Source of the DNA: Microbacterium phage Endor
Sequence record: ON392163.1
Reading direction: 5' to 3' (one strand)
DNA: 32,000 bases
The notes under the pieces were generated by a model. That model saw only the letters and a program-made list of their open reading frames with translations. It was not told the DNA's origin and ran no database searches. Shown piece by piece: positions 1 through 9,803 of the stretch. The number at the start of each line of letters is the position of its first letter. Positions within the stretch are counted from its first letter, which is position 1. Position numbers and translations under genes: made by a program.

Positions 1-2030
1 ACATCGGCGGCATCGAGACCATGTTCAAGGACTCGGCCGGGAAGATGCAGCAGTACGCAGCTGACGCGTACAAGACCGCAGGCCTCAGCGCCAACGAGTA
101 CATGTCCCAGGTGACGAGCTTCTCTGCCTCGCTCCTGCAGGGCCTCGGCGGTGACACGGCGAAGGCCGCAGACGTAGCCGACATGGCGATGGTCGACATG
201 AGCGACAACGCCAACAAGTTCGGCAGCAACATCACAGACATCCAGAACGCCTATCAGGGCTTCGCGAAGCAGAACTTCACGATGCTCGACAACCTGAAGC
301 TCGGCTACGGTGGCACCCGCGAGGAGATGGCCCGCCTGGTCAACGACTCCGGGGTCATGGGCGACAGCTTCCAGGCTACGGCCTCCAACCTCGACGAAGT
401 CTCGTTCGACAAGATCATCGAGGCGATCCACACTGTCCAGACCGAGATGGGCATCGCTGGCACGACCGCCAAGGAAGCCACCGAGACCATCAGCGGTTCC
501 GTCGGCATGCTCAAGGGTGCCTTCGACAACCTGCTGATCGGCCTGGGTAGCGCGGACGCTGACGTGGCGAAGCTGGCAGGAGACGTGATCACGTCCCTCG
601 AGCTGGTCATCAACAACGTCACCCCGGTCATCGAGAACATCGGTGCCAACATCGCCACGCTCGGTCCCAAGCTGGGGGAGATGATGGGGTCGCTGGTGCA
701 GGCCGTCGCCTCTGCCATCCCGGCCCTGCTCAACGCTGGTGTGGCCCTCGTTGGAGGTCTCCTCACCGGCATCACGCAGGCACTCCCCAGCCTGATCACC
801 GCTCTGGTGCCTGGCCTCATCCAGCTCGTGCAGACGCTGGTGGAGCTGGGTCCTCAGCTGATCACCGCAGGCGTGCAGGCGATCGTCGCACTGGCCTCGG
901 GCATCGCGCAGGCTCTCCCGACCCTGATCCCGCTGCTGATCAACGGTGTCCTGAGCATGATCGGTGCCCTGGTGAACGCGCTCCCGATGCTCCTCGAGGC
1001 TGGCCTCCAGATCATCACGGGGCTGATGCAGGGCATCATGACCGCGCTCCCGCAGCTCATCGCGTACCTGCCCACGATCATCAACGCTATCGTGCAGTTC
1101 ATCATCACGGGTGTGCCGATGCTGCTCGACGCAGCGGTCCAGCTCTTCAACGGGATCGTGGAGGCTCTGCCGACCATCATCACCAACGTGGTGGCCGTGC
1201 TCCCGACGCTGATCGATGCCATCATCAACGCAGTGCTGGGAGCCATCCCGCTGCTGATCGATGCTGGTATCAAGCTCATCACGAGCCTGGTACAGAACCT
1301 GCCTGCCATCATCACGGCCATCGTCGGCGCGATCCCCAGGATCATCACGTCGCTGATCTCCGCGATCCTGAACAACATCCCGATGCTGATCAACGCGGGC
1401 ATCAAGCTCATCACGTCGCTGATCACGAACTTGCCGCAGATCATCGGCACCATCGTGGGAGCCATCCCGCAGATCATCAGCGGCATCGTCGGTGCCATCG
1501 TCGGTGCTGTGCCTCAGCTCGCACGGGTCGGCCTCCAGCTGATCCAGGGTCTCTGGCAGGGTATCAGCAACGCAGCGGGCTGGCTGATGGGCAAGATCGG
1601 CGGGTTCGTCAACAACGTGATGGGCGGCATCAAGAGCTTCTTCGGCATCAAGTCGCCCTCGAGGCGGATGGCCAAGGAGGTCGGTGTCCAGCTTCCTCCC
1701 GGCATCGGGATGGGCGTCGAGCAGAACGAGGACGCAGCGCTGGACCCCATCGCGGACATGAACAAGAAGATCATGACCGAGGCCACCCTGACCCCGCTCT
1801 CGATCAAGTCGGCTGTCTCGCACACTCTGACCACCACGTCCAACGCAGTGCCCTCGAGCTACACGGCCACACCGACCGGGGCAGCAGGCGGGCAGCAGAT
1901 CATCATCAGCGGACCGCTGGTGGCCGTGGACCAGATGAGCGTCCGTGACGACCGCGACATCCGCACCCTTTCCACCCAGCTCAAGACGGACATGACCCGC
2001 GAGCTGCGAGCACAGGGAGTCCTGGCATGA
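1..2030 (+). CDS. Tail tape measure protein, C-terminal part (gene starts before the window)
   Basis: Frame is open from base 3 without a stop. Long hydrophobic repeats (LINAGIKLITSLITNLPQIIGTIVGAIPQIISG) and the KSPSRRMAKEVG ending are typical of phage tape measure proteins. Confidence 0.9.
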   Translation, partial: IGGIETMFKDSAGKMQQYAADAYKTAGLSANEYMSQVTSFSASLLQGLGGDTAKAADVADMAMVDMSDNANKFGSNITDIQNAYQGFAKQNFTMLDNLKLGYGGTREEMARLVNDSGVMGDSFQATASNLDEVSFDKIIEAIHTVQTEMGIAGTTAKEATETISGSVGMLKGAFDNLLIGLGSADADVAKLAGDVITSLELVINNVTPVIENIGANIATLGPKLGEMMGSLVQAVASAIPALLNAGVALVGGLLTGITQALPSLITALVPGLIQLVQTLVELGPQLITAGVQAIVALASGIAQALPTLIPLLINGVLSMIGALVNALPMLLEAGLQIITGLMQGIMTALPQLIAYLPTIINAIVQFIITGVPMLLDAAVQLFNGIVEALPTIITNVVAVLPTLIDAIINAVLGAIPLLIDAGIKLITSLVQNLPAIITAIVGAIPRIITSLISAILNNIPMLINAGIKLITSLITNLPQIIGTIVGAIPQIISGIVGAIVGAVPQLARVGLQLIQGLWQGISNAAGWLMGKIGGFVNNVMGGIKSFFGIKSPSRRMAKEVGVQLPPGIGMGVEQNEDAALDPIADMNKKIMTEATLTPLSIKSAVSHTLTTTSNAVPSSYTATPTGAAGGQQIIISGPLVAVDQMSVRDDRDIRTLSTQLKTDMTRELRAQGVLA

Positions 2031-2803
2031 GCTTCAAACTCGGCACGTTCGACACCAACGACATCGACGGCTTCAAGGCCATCCTGACCGAGTGGCCCTC
2101 CCTCCCGGTGGATCTTCACCTCGACGATCTGCCGGGAGGGGACGGTGCCCTGTTCTACCGTGCTCGTATGACGGAGACGGAATGGGTGTTCAACCTCGAG
2201 CTGACTGGCTCCGACGTGGACGACGTGATGGCGAAGGCCGACATGGTGTCCATGGCCCTCAACCCGCTGCTCCACGGTCTGCAGGACTTCACCCCGAACG
2301 CAGCAGGAGCCGACTGGGTGTGGCAGGGTGTCCTCGCCGGACCCGTGCCCTGGGAGCGGGACAAGGTCGTATGGTTCGCCCAGGACGGGGTCTGCCGCCT
2401 GGCGTCCCAGGCGCGTATCGCTACCCCCAACCCCTACGGGGTCTCTGTTAGCGACCCCACGGCTCTCTCAGTCGCTGGCGCTATGACCCTCTCCGGGCAG
2501 GGGAACACCAGTTACTACCCTGTAGTTGAGTTCCGCGGAGTTTTGTCGGCCGCGCAGACCCTTACCGTCGGGGGAACTCAAGTACAGGGACCGCTGCTGG
2601 CGACCCAGACCCTGGTCCTCGACTTCGGTGAGATGGACTTCTACATCAAGACCACGGCGACCGGTGCCAAGGTGCGGAACATCGCCGACCGCTTCACCAC
2701 GTTCGAACGCCTCGAGGGCATCGACACCATCAACGTCCCCGTCAGCATCAGCGGCGGAACGTTCACGCAGGCAGTGGGCATCGTGCCCTCAAGGAGAATC
2801 TAA
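2027..2803 (+). CDS. Distal tail (Dit)-like / minor tail protein
   Basis: 258 aa ORF, ATGA overlap with the tape measure gene, correct position between tape measure and tail-tip protein. Confidence 0.65.
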   Translation: MSFKLGTFDTNDIDGFKAILTEWPSLPVDLHLDDLPGGDGALFYRARMTETEWVFNLELTGSDVDDVMAKADMVSMALNPLLHGLQDFTPNAAGADWVWQGVLAGPVPWERDKVVWFAQDGVCRLASQARIATPNPYGVSVSDPTALSVAGAMTLSGQGNTSYYPVVEFRGVLSAAQTLTVGGTQVQGPLLATQTLVLDFGEMDFYIKTTATGAKVRNIADRFTTFERLEGIDTINVPVSISGGTFTQAVGIVPSRRI

Positions 2804-5223
2804 TGGTCGAGTACAACCGGGCGACCAGTCGTGGGGACTGGACCGGCGAGTGGGATCCGGATGCTGTCACCCAGCTCCTGCTCCGCATGGACAGCTTCGT
2901 CGGATCGGAGGTCGACCGTCCCATCGCAGACGCCTCCGGCAAGGGCCGTGTCGCGAAGGCGATCAAGTACGGTGGCACGTCGGCTGTCGCCGTGGCGAAC
3001 CGCTGGGGCACTGGCCTGCGGATCAACAACCTCGGGGTCAGCGAGCAGTCGTACATCCACGTGGAGAACGACGGCACCCTCTGGCCCTCGTCCGGCTCGG
3101 TCATGGTCGGGGCATGGTACAACGGCAAGAACACCGAGCAGTGGTCCCCCGTGGTTTCGACTCGTGGTGGAGCCGCAGCACCCCTGTTCCACCTTGCCGT
3201 CAACCACTCCGGTGAGGGCGACAAGGTCAACTACCGCTTCTACAACAACGCAGGCGTCGAGCAGGTCAACGCGTACCTCGAGTTCCAGATCACTCCCAAC
3301 GAGTGGTTCTGGATCGGCGCGGTCATGGACGTGACCCTCGGCACCTGGTCGGTTCACGCGGTGAAGCTGTCGGACGGCACGTCGGCGTCTGTGTCTGGTG
3401 TGGCCAGCCTGAACACCGCATGCGCAGCTCACCTCGAGGCTGGCTACGGTCCTGCAGGCTTCTACGCTCAGGCCATCTTCGACGAGGTCGTGGTCGTCTC
3501 GCCGTTCTCCGGCAACGCTGGTCAGCTGGCTCTCCGGAACCGGCTCGCCAACGGTGCCCTGGAGGCGACTGGGACCGACTGCACGACCGTCTCAGGCCGT
3601 GCCTCTGTGCGGCCCACGGCAAGCGTCCCTGTCGTCCTGCAGAGCCGTGCCATGCCGGGTGCCTGGGGCACCGACATCCCGCAGCTCAGCGTCAACGGTC
3701 TGGGAGCGACCGTCCGCTACCGCACGAGCAGCAACCTGACAGCCTGGTCGGCGTGGAAGAACGCGTCCGACATCTCGACCGAGCCGAATGCGGCATGGAT
3801 CCAGTACGAGGTCACCCTCGCAGCGCTCGACAGCTACGTCGACGAGATCCTGCTCAGCACGGCTCCTCCAGCGACCCCTCCCCTGCCCAGCACCCTCCCG
3901 GTCGAGCCGTTCTCCCTCGACCCGCTGCTGGCCATCCCCAGCGGGGGAGGGGTCCTCTTCCAGGACAAGCTCCTGGCGTGCAAGACCTTCGACAACAGCT
4001 CGAACGAGAGCACTCTCACGTTCGCCGTGTCGTGGGCCGATCCCAAGGCCACACTGATTGAGGCAGAGATGCCCATCAAGTTCAAGGGCCGCAACTACCG
4101 TGCTCGGTCTGTCACGACCACCAAGGAGCGCGGCAAGGCCGTCACGGAGGTCTACGCAGAGCGCATCTGGTACGACCTCCTGTACGCAGGCGAGATCCCG
4201 GCACAGACGTGGAACGTGACCGCGTTCGATGCCATCTCCAGCGTCCTGGCAGGCACCGACTGGTACGTCGGTCAGGTCGACCCTGTCGGCATCCTCGGCT
4301 GGGAGTCGGAGAAGGGTACGGTGCTCGGGACCCTCCAGCAGATCGCCAAGATCTACGGGGGTGACCTGGTCTTCGACGACAAGACCAAGTTCGTACATCT
4401 GCTGGATCAGGGTGGCCGTGACCGGGGCACGTACTTCGACTACGTCAAGGGCATCACGTCGGCGAGCAAGCGCGAGGACACGACCAGCCTGGTGACCCGC
4501 ATCTACGGCCGGAACGCCGACGGCCTGACCATCGCTCCGGCGAACGCAGGCGTGCCCTACGTGGAGGACTTCACCTGGACCACTGAGGTCCGGGAGTCGA
4601 CCTACGACTTCAAGTCGGGCATGACCCCGCAGGCCATGATGCGCTTCCTCACGTCGTTCCTGGCAGGCCGCAGCAAGCCGAACATCAGCTACGAGTACAA
4701 GGTGGCTGGCCTGGTAGACCGCACCGACGAGATCGACCGCTTCGAGGTCCTGGACATCGTGTTCGTGATGGACGAGGACTACGCTCAGTCGGTGCGCAGC
4801 CGTGTGGTCCAGCTCGAGATCGACTACGTGGACCTCCGCAACAGCACGATCACCCTGGCTAACAAGCTTCGCAGCCTGGCCTCGAGCGACGACTCCAGCG
4901 ACCCCGGTGCCCTGACCACGGGGCAGACGATCGACACCCGTGACATCTACCCGTTCAACCTGCTGCTGAACAGCCGTGGCGACAACGGGATGGCTCACTG
5001 GGCAGGCGCGGGTGTCAGTGTCGTGGAGGGCGGAGCAACCGGTCGGTACAGCTTCGCCTTCGGTGCAGGCGGAGGAACGCTCCAGCAGACCGTCACCAGT
5101 GACAACCGGGACAGCTTCGTCTTCTCCGCCCAGATCGACGCGGACACCGACGCAGCCGTGCAGATCGAGGTCACCTTCCAGTACACCGACGGCACCACCG
5201 AGACCCAGACCCTGGAGCTGTGA
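2803..5223 (+). CDS. Large minor tail protein: LamG/concanavalin-like N-terminus plus tail-tip (Tal/prophage endopeptidase tail-like) C-terminus
   Basis: 806 aa, TAATG overlap with previous gene; SVMVGAWYNGKNTEQWSPVVSTRGG is LamG-like; the C-terminal half resembles siphovirus baseplate/tail-tip proteins. Confidence 0.7.
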   Translation: MVEYNRATSRGDWTGEWDPDAVTQLLLRMDSFVGSEVDRPIADASGKGRVAKAIKYGGTSAVAVANRWGTGLRINNLGVSEQSYIHVENDGTLWPSSGSVMVGAWYNGKNTEQWSPVVSTRGGAAAPLFHLAVNHSGEGDKVNYRFYNNAGVEQVNAYLEFQITPNEWFWIGAVMDVTLGTWSVHAVKLSDGTSASVSGVASLNTACAAHLEAGYGPAGFYAQAIFDEVVVVSPFSGNAGQLALRNRLANGALEATGTDCTTVSGRASVRPTASVPVVLQSRAMPGAWGTDIPQLSVNGLGATVRYRTSSNLTAWSAWKNASDISTEPNAAWIQYEVTLAALDSYVDEILLSTAPPATPPLPSTLPVEPFSLDPLLAIPSGGGVLFQDKLLACKTFDNSSNESTLTFAVSWADPKATLIEAEMPIKFKGRNYRARSVTTTKERGKAVTEVYAERIWYDLLYAGEIPAQTWNVTAFDAISSVLAGTDWYVGQVDPVGILGWESEKGTVLGTLQQIAKIYGGDLVFDDKTKFVHLLDQGGRDRGTYFDYVKGITSASKREDTTSLVTRIYGRNADGLTIAPANAGVPYVEDFTWTTEVRESTYDFKSGMTPQAMMRFLTSFLAGRSKPNISYEYKVAGLVDRTDEIDRFEVLDIVFVMDEDYAQSVRSRVVQLEIDYVDLRNSTITLANKLRSLASSDDSSDPGALTTGQTIDTRDIYPFNLLLNSRGDNGMAHWAGAGVSVVEGGATGRYSFAFGAGGGTLQQTVTSDNRDSFVFSAQIDADTDAAVQIEVTFQYTDGTTETQTLEL

Positions 5224-5408
5224 TGATCCGCCGAGTCCAGATCGCGAACCCCGCAGCTCACAAGCAGACGCTGACCATCCACGTCAAGGTCATCACGGCC
5301 GACGACAACGTGGAGGTCACCGACCTACTGCTCCAGCCTGGCACGACGGCGACTGGCTGGGTGCCTGCGATCAGCGAGATGCCCTGGACCACGGGGGTCG
5401 TGTCATGA
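5220..5408 (+). CDS. Small tail-associated protein, 61-62 aa
   Basis: GTGATG start overlapping the upstream stop, overlaps next ORF start; sequence resembles the N-terminus of the next gene. Confidence 0.6.
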   Translation: MMIRRVQIANPAAHKQTLTIHVKVITADDNVEVTDLLLQPGTTATGWVPAISEMPWTTGVVS

Positions 5409-6001
5409 GCTTCCTGCGCACCTTCGGCCAGCTGAAGCCGTCGAAGCCGGTGCTGGGTGTGGCCGTGAAGATCACGACGGCCTCCGACGCCAAGGTCACC
5501 GACATCCAGCTGAACCCTGGCTCCAGCCTGTTCTCCTGGTCCCCGATGGTCGCCGACCTGGGACTGGTGCAGGCTCCCCGCTGGCGGTTCATCAACGGCA
5601 TGATCCAGTCGGACTACGACACGTGGGTAGCTAGCGACGAGGACATTGCCAGCCCGTACAGGGGCGAATTTTACCCCGTGGGACCCCAGACGGTAAACTG
5701 GGGTCAACTGTACTTCGGCGAGGTTAGCTCAAAGACGAGCTTCGACGGGACCGACTACAGCACCACAGCGGGAGCAGGCATCACGCCTCACCTGACGGCC
5801 AGGGCAGACCAGCGTCTGGACCTGGTCACCACGGGTCTCATGAGCGCTATCGTCGGCGTCAAGGGCATCAGTGTAGCTCCCGGCAACCCAGCACGCACCG
5901 ACCTCGGTAGCGTGACCGCAGCGCACCCTCAGGGATGGAACAGGGTGTGGGCATTCCACGACACGTGGAGTGACGTACTCGCAGAACATGGAGCCTGGTA
6001 A
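5405..6001 (+). CDS. Minor tail protein, about 198 aa
   Basis: ATG at 5405 (MSFLRTFGQLKPSK...) overlaps the upstream stop; the longer ORF call from 4976 is inside the upstream gene. Confidence 0.65.
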   Translation: MSFLRTFGQLKPSKPVLGVAVKITTASDAKVTDIQLNPGSSLFSWSPMVADLGLVQAPRWRFINGMIQSDYDTWVASDEDIASPYRGEFYPVGPQTVNWGQLYFGEVSSKTSFDGTDYSTTAGAGITPHLTARADQRLDLVTTGLMSAIVGVKGISVAPGNPARTDLGSVTAAHPQGWNRVWAFHDTWSDVLAEHGAW

Positions 6002-6483
6002 TGCCTCTCGTAGAGCCTGATGAAGTCGACTACGGTCCGACCACGTTCAGCGACCTGAACGATGCCCTGGCCACACTGTTCGCCAACGACGAGTACCTCA
6101 AGGGCCTCATCGACGCGATCCCCTCTGGCCCTGTCACGACCAAGACCGGCATCACGCTGGGGTCGGGCTACACGGCGAACGCGGCCTACGTGGCGACCCA
6201 GACCGTCAAGACTGGCACGATGGTCGTGCTCGAGCCGGGTGTCATCAACTGTCCGGCGACGTTCGCCGCAGGCACGTACTACACGCTCGGGACCGTCACC
6301 GCAGCTCACCGGCCGACCGACGGCAAGCATCGTATGGGCACGGGTGCCATCTTCACTTCCACGGCCATCATCCCCATTCAGTTCCGCATCAACGGCACGA
6401 ACGGGGAGATCAACTTCTACTCGGTGCCTGCCGTCTCTGGCGCATCGTACATCATCCTCAACAGCCTGACTTGGAGCGTCTGA
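6001..6483 (+). CDS. Minor tail protein, 160 aa
   Basis: TAATG overlap with the previous stop; collinear with tail genes. Confidence 0.65.
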   Translation: MPLVEPDEVDYGPTTFSDLNDALATLFANDEYLKGLIDAIPSGPVTTKTGITLGSGYTANAAYVATQTVKTGTMVVLEPGVINCPATFAAGTYYTLGTVTAAHRPTDGKHRMGTGAIFTSTAIIPIQFRINGTNGEINFYSVPAVSGASYIILNSLTWSV

Positions 6484-8612
6484 TGGGACACCGCGTAACC
6501 CTCTGGCACAGCAACCAGACTGTGCGTACTGAGGGTGTCCTGGACCGCTACGGCGACGCGATCGACGACGTGCTGCTGGTGGCCTACGAGCTGCGAACGA
6601 CCGGCCTGGTGAACCTCAACATCCAGAACACGGTCGAGGCAGTCCGTGCCAAGTGGCCGAACATCCAGTGGTGGCTGACCATCCAGTGCTTCAGCTCTGC
6701 GGCCTGGAAGATGCTCAACACCGACGCAACCTTCCGGGCCAACATCCTGTCGCAGCTCGCGTCCATCTACGCGTCGTACCCGTGGCTCACTGGCATCGAC
6801 CTCGACGCTGAGGGCTTCGGCTCGAACATGACCGTCGGGGAGGCGTACGCCGGATACACGACCCTCGGGGACCACGCGCGCACCTTCGGCCTTCAGGTCA
6901 GCGCGGCTCTGCCCGCAGCAACCGAGGGCAACTTCAGCATCGGTGGAGAGAACTGGCTCGACTACGGCCTGTTCGGCGCGTACTTCGATCGTGTGGCCAT
7001 CATGACCTACGACTTCGCCTGGTCGGGTTCGGCACCCGGCCCTCTGGCTCCCCGCTTCTGGATCCAGCAGGTGTACGACTGGACCGTCTCTGTCATCCCG
7101 CCGGAGAAGGTCCTCATGGGCATCCCGGCCTATGGCCAGAACTGGAGCATCCACGCTCCTGTCGAGGAGCTTCCGGGCTACCCTGGCTGGCCGTATCGAG
7201 GCAACTCCGGCGCGTACTACTGGTTCTGGTACATGACCACGGGGGTCTGGGGACCCATGCCTGGCGACGACGACCCGGTGGACTGGGACCAGACTCGGGC
7301 CAGCTGGCTCGTGTTTCGCGACAAGGAGACCAATTCCCCCTTCACCCTGATTGGGTGCTACTGGTGGGCTACGGCGATCCAGCGGACCTCCAGCAGCGGC
7401 ATGGAGCTCAGTGAGTTCAACGGCAAGTCGTACTTCACGCGCTACGGCCAGCCCGCAGCAGACCCGGTCGGTGGCCTGGCTGACCAGACGGTCGGCTCGC
7501 AGCACGTGACGCACACGGTCCGGCCCATTCAGGTGATCGACTCCAACGGTCAGTGGGCCAACAACGACGTTCACAACCTGACCCTCGAGGTCCTCCAGCG
7601 CGACCCGCAGTCGGCCACCATCATGGACGACGACTGTGCTACCGCTGGCACCCTGGGGATCTACTACAACAGGACCGGCTCCTGGACGCACTGGCGTCAG
7701 GGTGACCCGCTGCTGAACCCGCGCACCTACGGTCAGTTCCGTGTGGCCGGAGCAGGCAAGCTGTCTCTGACCAACATCGACGCAGGCGGCGAGTTCCACG
7801 TGCAGGGCCGCTTCCAGATCCCCGCAGCAGGCGGTCGTGCAGGCGTCTTCCACGGCTCCTACGAGGCCACGGTGGATCAGTGGGGCACCCTCATCCTGAG
7901 TCGTAACGGCACGACCCTGGCTACGACCTCTGTGTCCGCTCCTGGCCTCTCCAGCAACCCTGGCCAGGGACGCGCTGTTATCGGTCTCAGGGTCCGTGGG
8001 CAGCACGCACGGGTGTACTACAGCCGGACCGAGGTTGACGTGCCTCTGGTGCTGGAGTACAACGATCCGAGCTACGTCGGCGGTCGCAGCGGCATGGTCA
8101 GCCTCAGCGGAGACGCCTGGTTCGATCACGTTCGCTGGGGTGACGCCTGGTGGTACAACCCTCGCGAGGCGTACGACGTGCAGGTCGGCCCGTTCATGTT
8201 CTACGACGTGGGCCGCATCCCTCGCACGAACGTCACGTGGGACGGCTTCAACCGCTTCCGCGTGAACACCGATGTGGAGGAGCGCTCCACGCGCACCAAG
8301 GCAATCTCGAACGACTGGGCATACGTCCACCTCAAGGGTGTGGGCATCGCCGCAGGCACGACTCGAGACGTCAAGTTCATCCCCCGCGACATTGACTGCT
8401 GGGTCGGGAACGTGTACCTCTGCGATCCCAACGGCACAGCGCTCTGCCACTACGCCGACGCTGAGTACATGGCCCACAGCCGTGACCTCGGTCATAGCGA
8501 GTGGGGTCTGGCGGGTATCGCCGTCTGGCGACTCGGCCAGGAGGATGTAAGGTTCTGGGAACGGATCAAGAGTGGCCGTCTGGACCCGGACAACAGGATA
8601 CCCATCCTGTAA
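6483..8612 (+). CDS. Tail protein with N-terminal GH18-like glycoside hydrolase domain and C-terminal concanavalin-like region
   Basis: ATG at 6483 overlaps the upstream TGA; WLTGIDLDAEGFG matches the GH18 DxDxE catalytic motif; YFDRVAIMTYDFAW and VLMGIPAYGQNW match other GH18 strands. Confidence 0.8.
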   Translation: MGHRVTLWHSNQTVRTEGVLDRYGDAIDDVLLVAYELRTTGLVNLNIQNTVEAVRAKWPNIQWWLTIQCFSSAAWKMLNTDATFRANILSQLASIYASYPWLTGIDLDAEGFGSNMTVGEAYAGYTTLGDHARTFGLQVSAALPAATEGNFSIGGENWLDYGLFGAYFDRVAIMTYDFAWSGSAPGPLAPRFWIQQVYDWTVSVIPPEKVLMGIPAYGQNWSIHAPVEELPGYPGWPYRGNSGAYYWFWYMTTGVWGPMPGDDDPVDWDQTRASWLVFRDKETNSPFTLIGCYWWATAIQRTSSSGMELSEFNGKSYFTRYGQPAADPVGGLADQTVGSQHVTHTVRPIQVIDSNGQWANNDVHNLTLEVLQRDPQSATIMDDDCATAGTLGIYYNRTGSWTHWRQGDPLLNPRTYGQFRVAGAGKLSLTNIDAGGEFHVQGRFQIPAAGGRAGVFHGSYEATVDQWGTLILSRNGTTLATTSVSAPGLSSNPGQGRAVIGLRVRGQHARVYYSRTEVDVPLVLEYNDPSYVGGRSGMVSLSGDAWFDHVRWGDAWWYNPREAYDVQVGPFMFYDVGRIPRTNVTWDGFNRFRVNTDVEERSTRTKAISNDWAYVHLKGVGIAAGTTRDVKFIPRDIDCWVGNVYLCDPNGTALCHYADAEYMAHSRDLGHSEWGLAGIAVWRLGQEDVRFWERIKSGRLDPDNRIPIL

Positions 8613-8640
8613 CTAGGCCACACGAAGATAGGAGACAAAC

Positions 8641-9381
8641 ATGGGCACCAAGGCGCTCAAGAATCACCCCGGTATGTGGCTCCGCGAGGATGCCGCCGAT
8701 GCCATCAACGACCTCGAGGACAAGTACGGTGTGATCCGCATCAACCGTGCGGGCGTCACCGAGGCTCAGCAGCAGGAGATCATCGACAAGTGGGATCGCG
8801 GTGAGCGCGAGGGCCTCTTCCCGCCTGCTCGCCCTGCCCGCGAGTCGAACCACGTCAAGAACGGTGGCATCGCGGTCGACGTGTACAACTACACCGACGA
8901 CCGCGCCAAGCTCAACGAGTTCGGCTTCCAGTGGTACGGCAAGTCCGACCCGGTGCACTACACGTTCATCGGTCGCCCTGGCGGCTCGCAGACGGGTCCG
9001 ATCGGCTGGGTCACGGTCAACCGCTCGGTGCAGGACATCCAGCGCACGGTCGGTGCCAAGGTCGACGGCATCTACGGTCCCGACACGACCGCCAAGGTCA
9101 AGGCGGCTCAGGCGGCGAAGGGTCTCGAGGCCGACGGCATCTGGGGTCCCAAGACCGATGCGGCGTTCTTCCCCGCAGCAGGCAAGCCCTCCAGCAAGGC
9201 GCACTGGGAGCTGACCTACGCGGACATCCAGTCGGCGCTCGTCCGCCACGGGTACAACCTGAAGGTCGACAACGTGTGGGGTCCACTGAGCAGCAACGCG
9301 CTCGCCGACTTCCAGCGCAAGAACGGCCTCAAGGTGGACCGCATCGTGGGTGCGCAGACCTGGGAGAAGCTCAACCGCTAA
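8641..9381 (+). CDS. Endolysin: M15-like peptidase plus two peptidoglycan-binding repeats
   Basis: GGIAVDV...FGFQWYGKSDPVHYTFIG is M15-like; two repeats VDGIYGPDTTAKVKAAQ and VDNVWGPLSSNALADFQ are PG_binding_1-like. Confidence 0.85.
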   Translation: MGTKALKNHPGMWLREDAADAINDLEDKYGVIRINRAGVTEAQQQEIIDKWDRGEREGLFPPARPARESNHVKNGGIAVDVYNYTDDRAKLNEFGFQWYGKSDPVHYTFIGRPGGSQTGPIGWVTVNRSVQDIQRTVGAKVDGIYGPDTTAKVKAAQAAKGLEADGIWGPKTDAAFFPAAGKPSSKAHWELTYADIQSALVRHGYNLKVDNVWGPLSSNALADFQRKNGLKVDRIVGAQTWEKLNR

Positions 9382-9415
9382 CCCTCCCGCACTACCCTCC
9401 AGAAAGGAGCCTCAC

Positions 9416-9802
9416 GTGCTGGAGGCAGTCAAGACCATCATCGATAGCCTGATGCCGCTGTTCGTAGCGGTCGTCACGGTCATCGGTGGCGTCATGGTCG
9501 CCAAGCTGAACAAGGTGCAGAAGGAGACCAAGGACACCAGTGCCAGGGTCGCCCAGGTTCAGAACGACATCATCACGAACCACGGGAGCAAGAACCTCGG
9601 GGACGCGATCGATCGTCTCACCACTCATGTCAACGTCATGAGCGACAACCAGGATGATCTCATCGCCACGGTGAAGGGTATGCAGGCTCGAGATGAGGCG
9701 CTCGAGGCTCGTCAGAACGCTACAGAGCACATTCTGCAGCGGTTCGGGTACATCCCTACCCCTCACCGTGGCGTGAGGTTGTTCCGATTCAAGAGGAAGT
9801 GA
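9416..9802 (+). CDS. Holin-like membrane protein with coiled-coil region
   Basis: GTG start at 9416 after AGAAAGGAG; one N-terminal TM segment (LFVAVVTVIGGVMVA), directly after the endolysin. Confidence 0.6.
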   Translation: MLEAVKTIIDSLMPLFVAVVTVIGGVMVAKLNKVQKETKDTSARVAQVQNDIITNHGSKNLGDAIDRLTTHVNVMSDNQDDLIATVKGMQARDEALEARQNATEHILQRFGYIPTPHRGVRLFRFKRK

Positions 9803-9803
9803 A

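Noticed and set aside
6417-8495. 692 aa - strand ORF opposite the GH18-like tail gene
   Set aside because: Shadow ORF of a well-supported + strand CDS.
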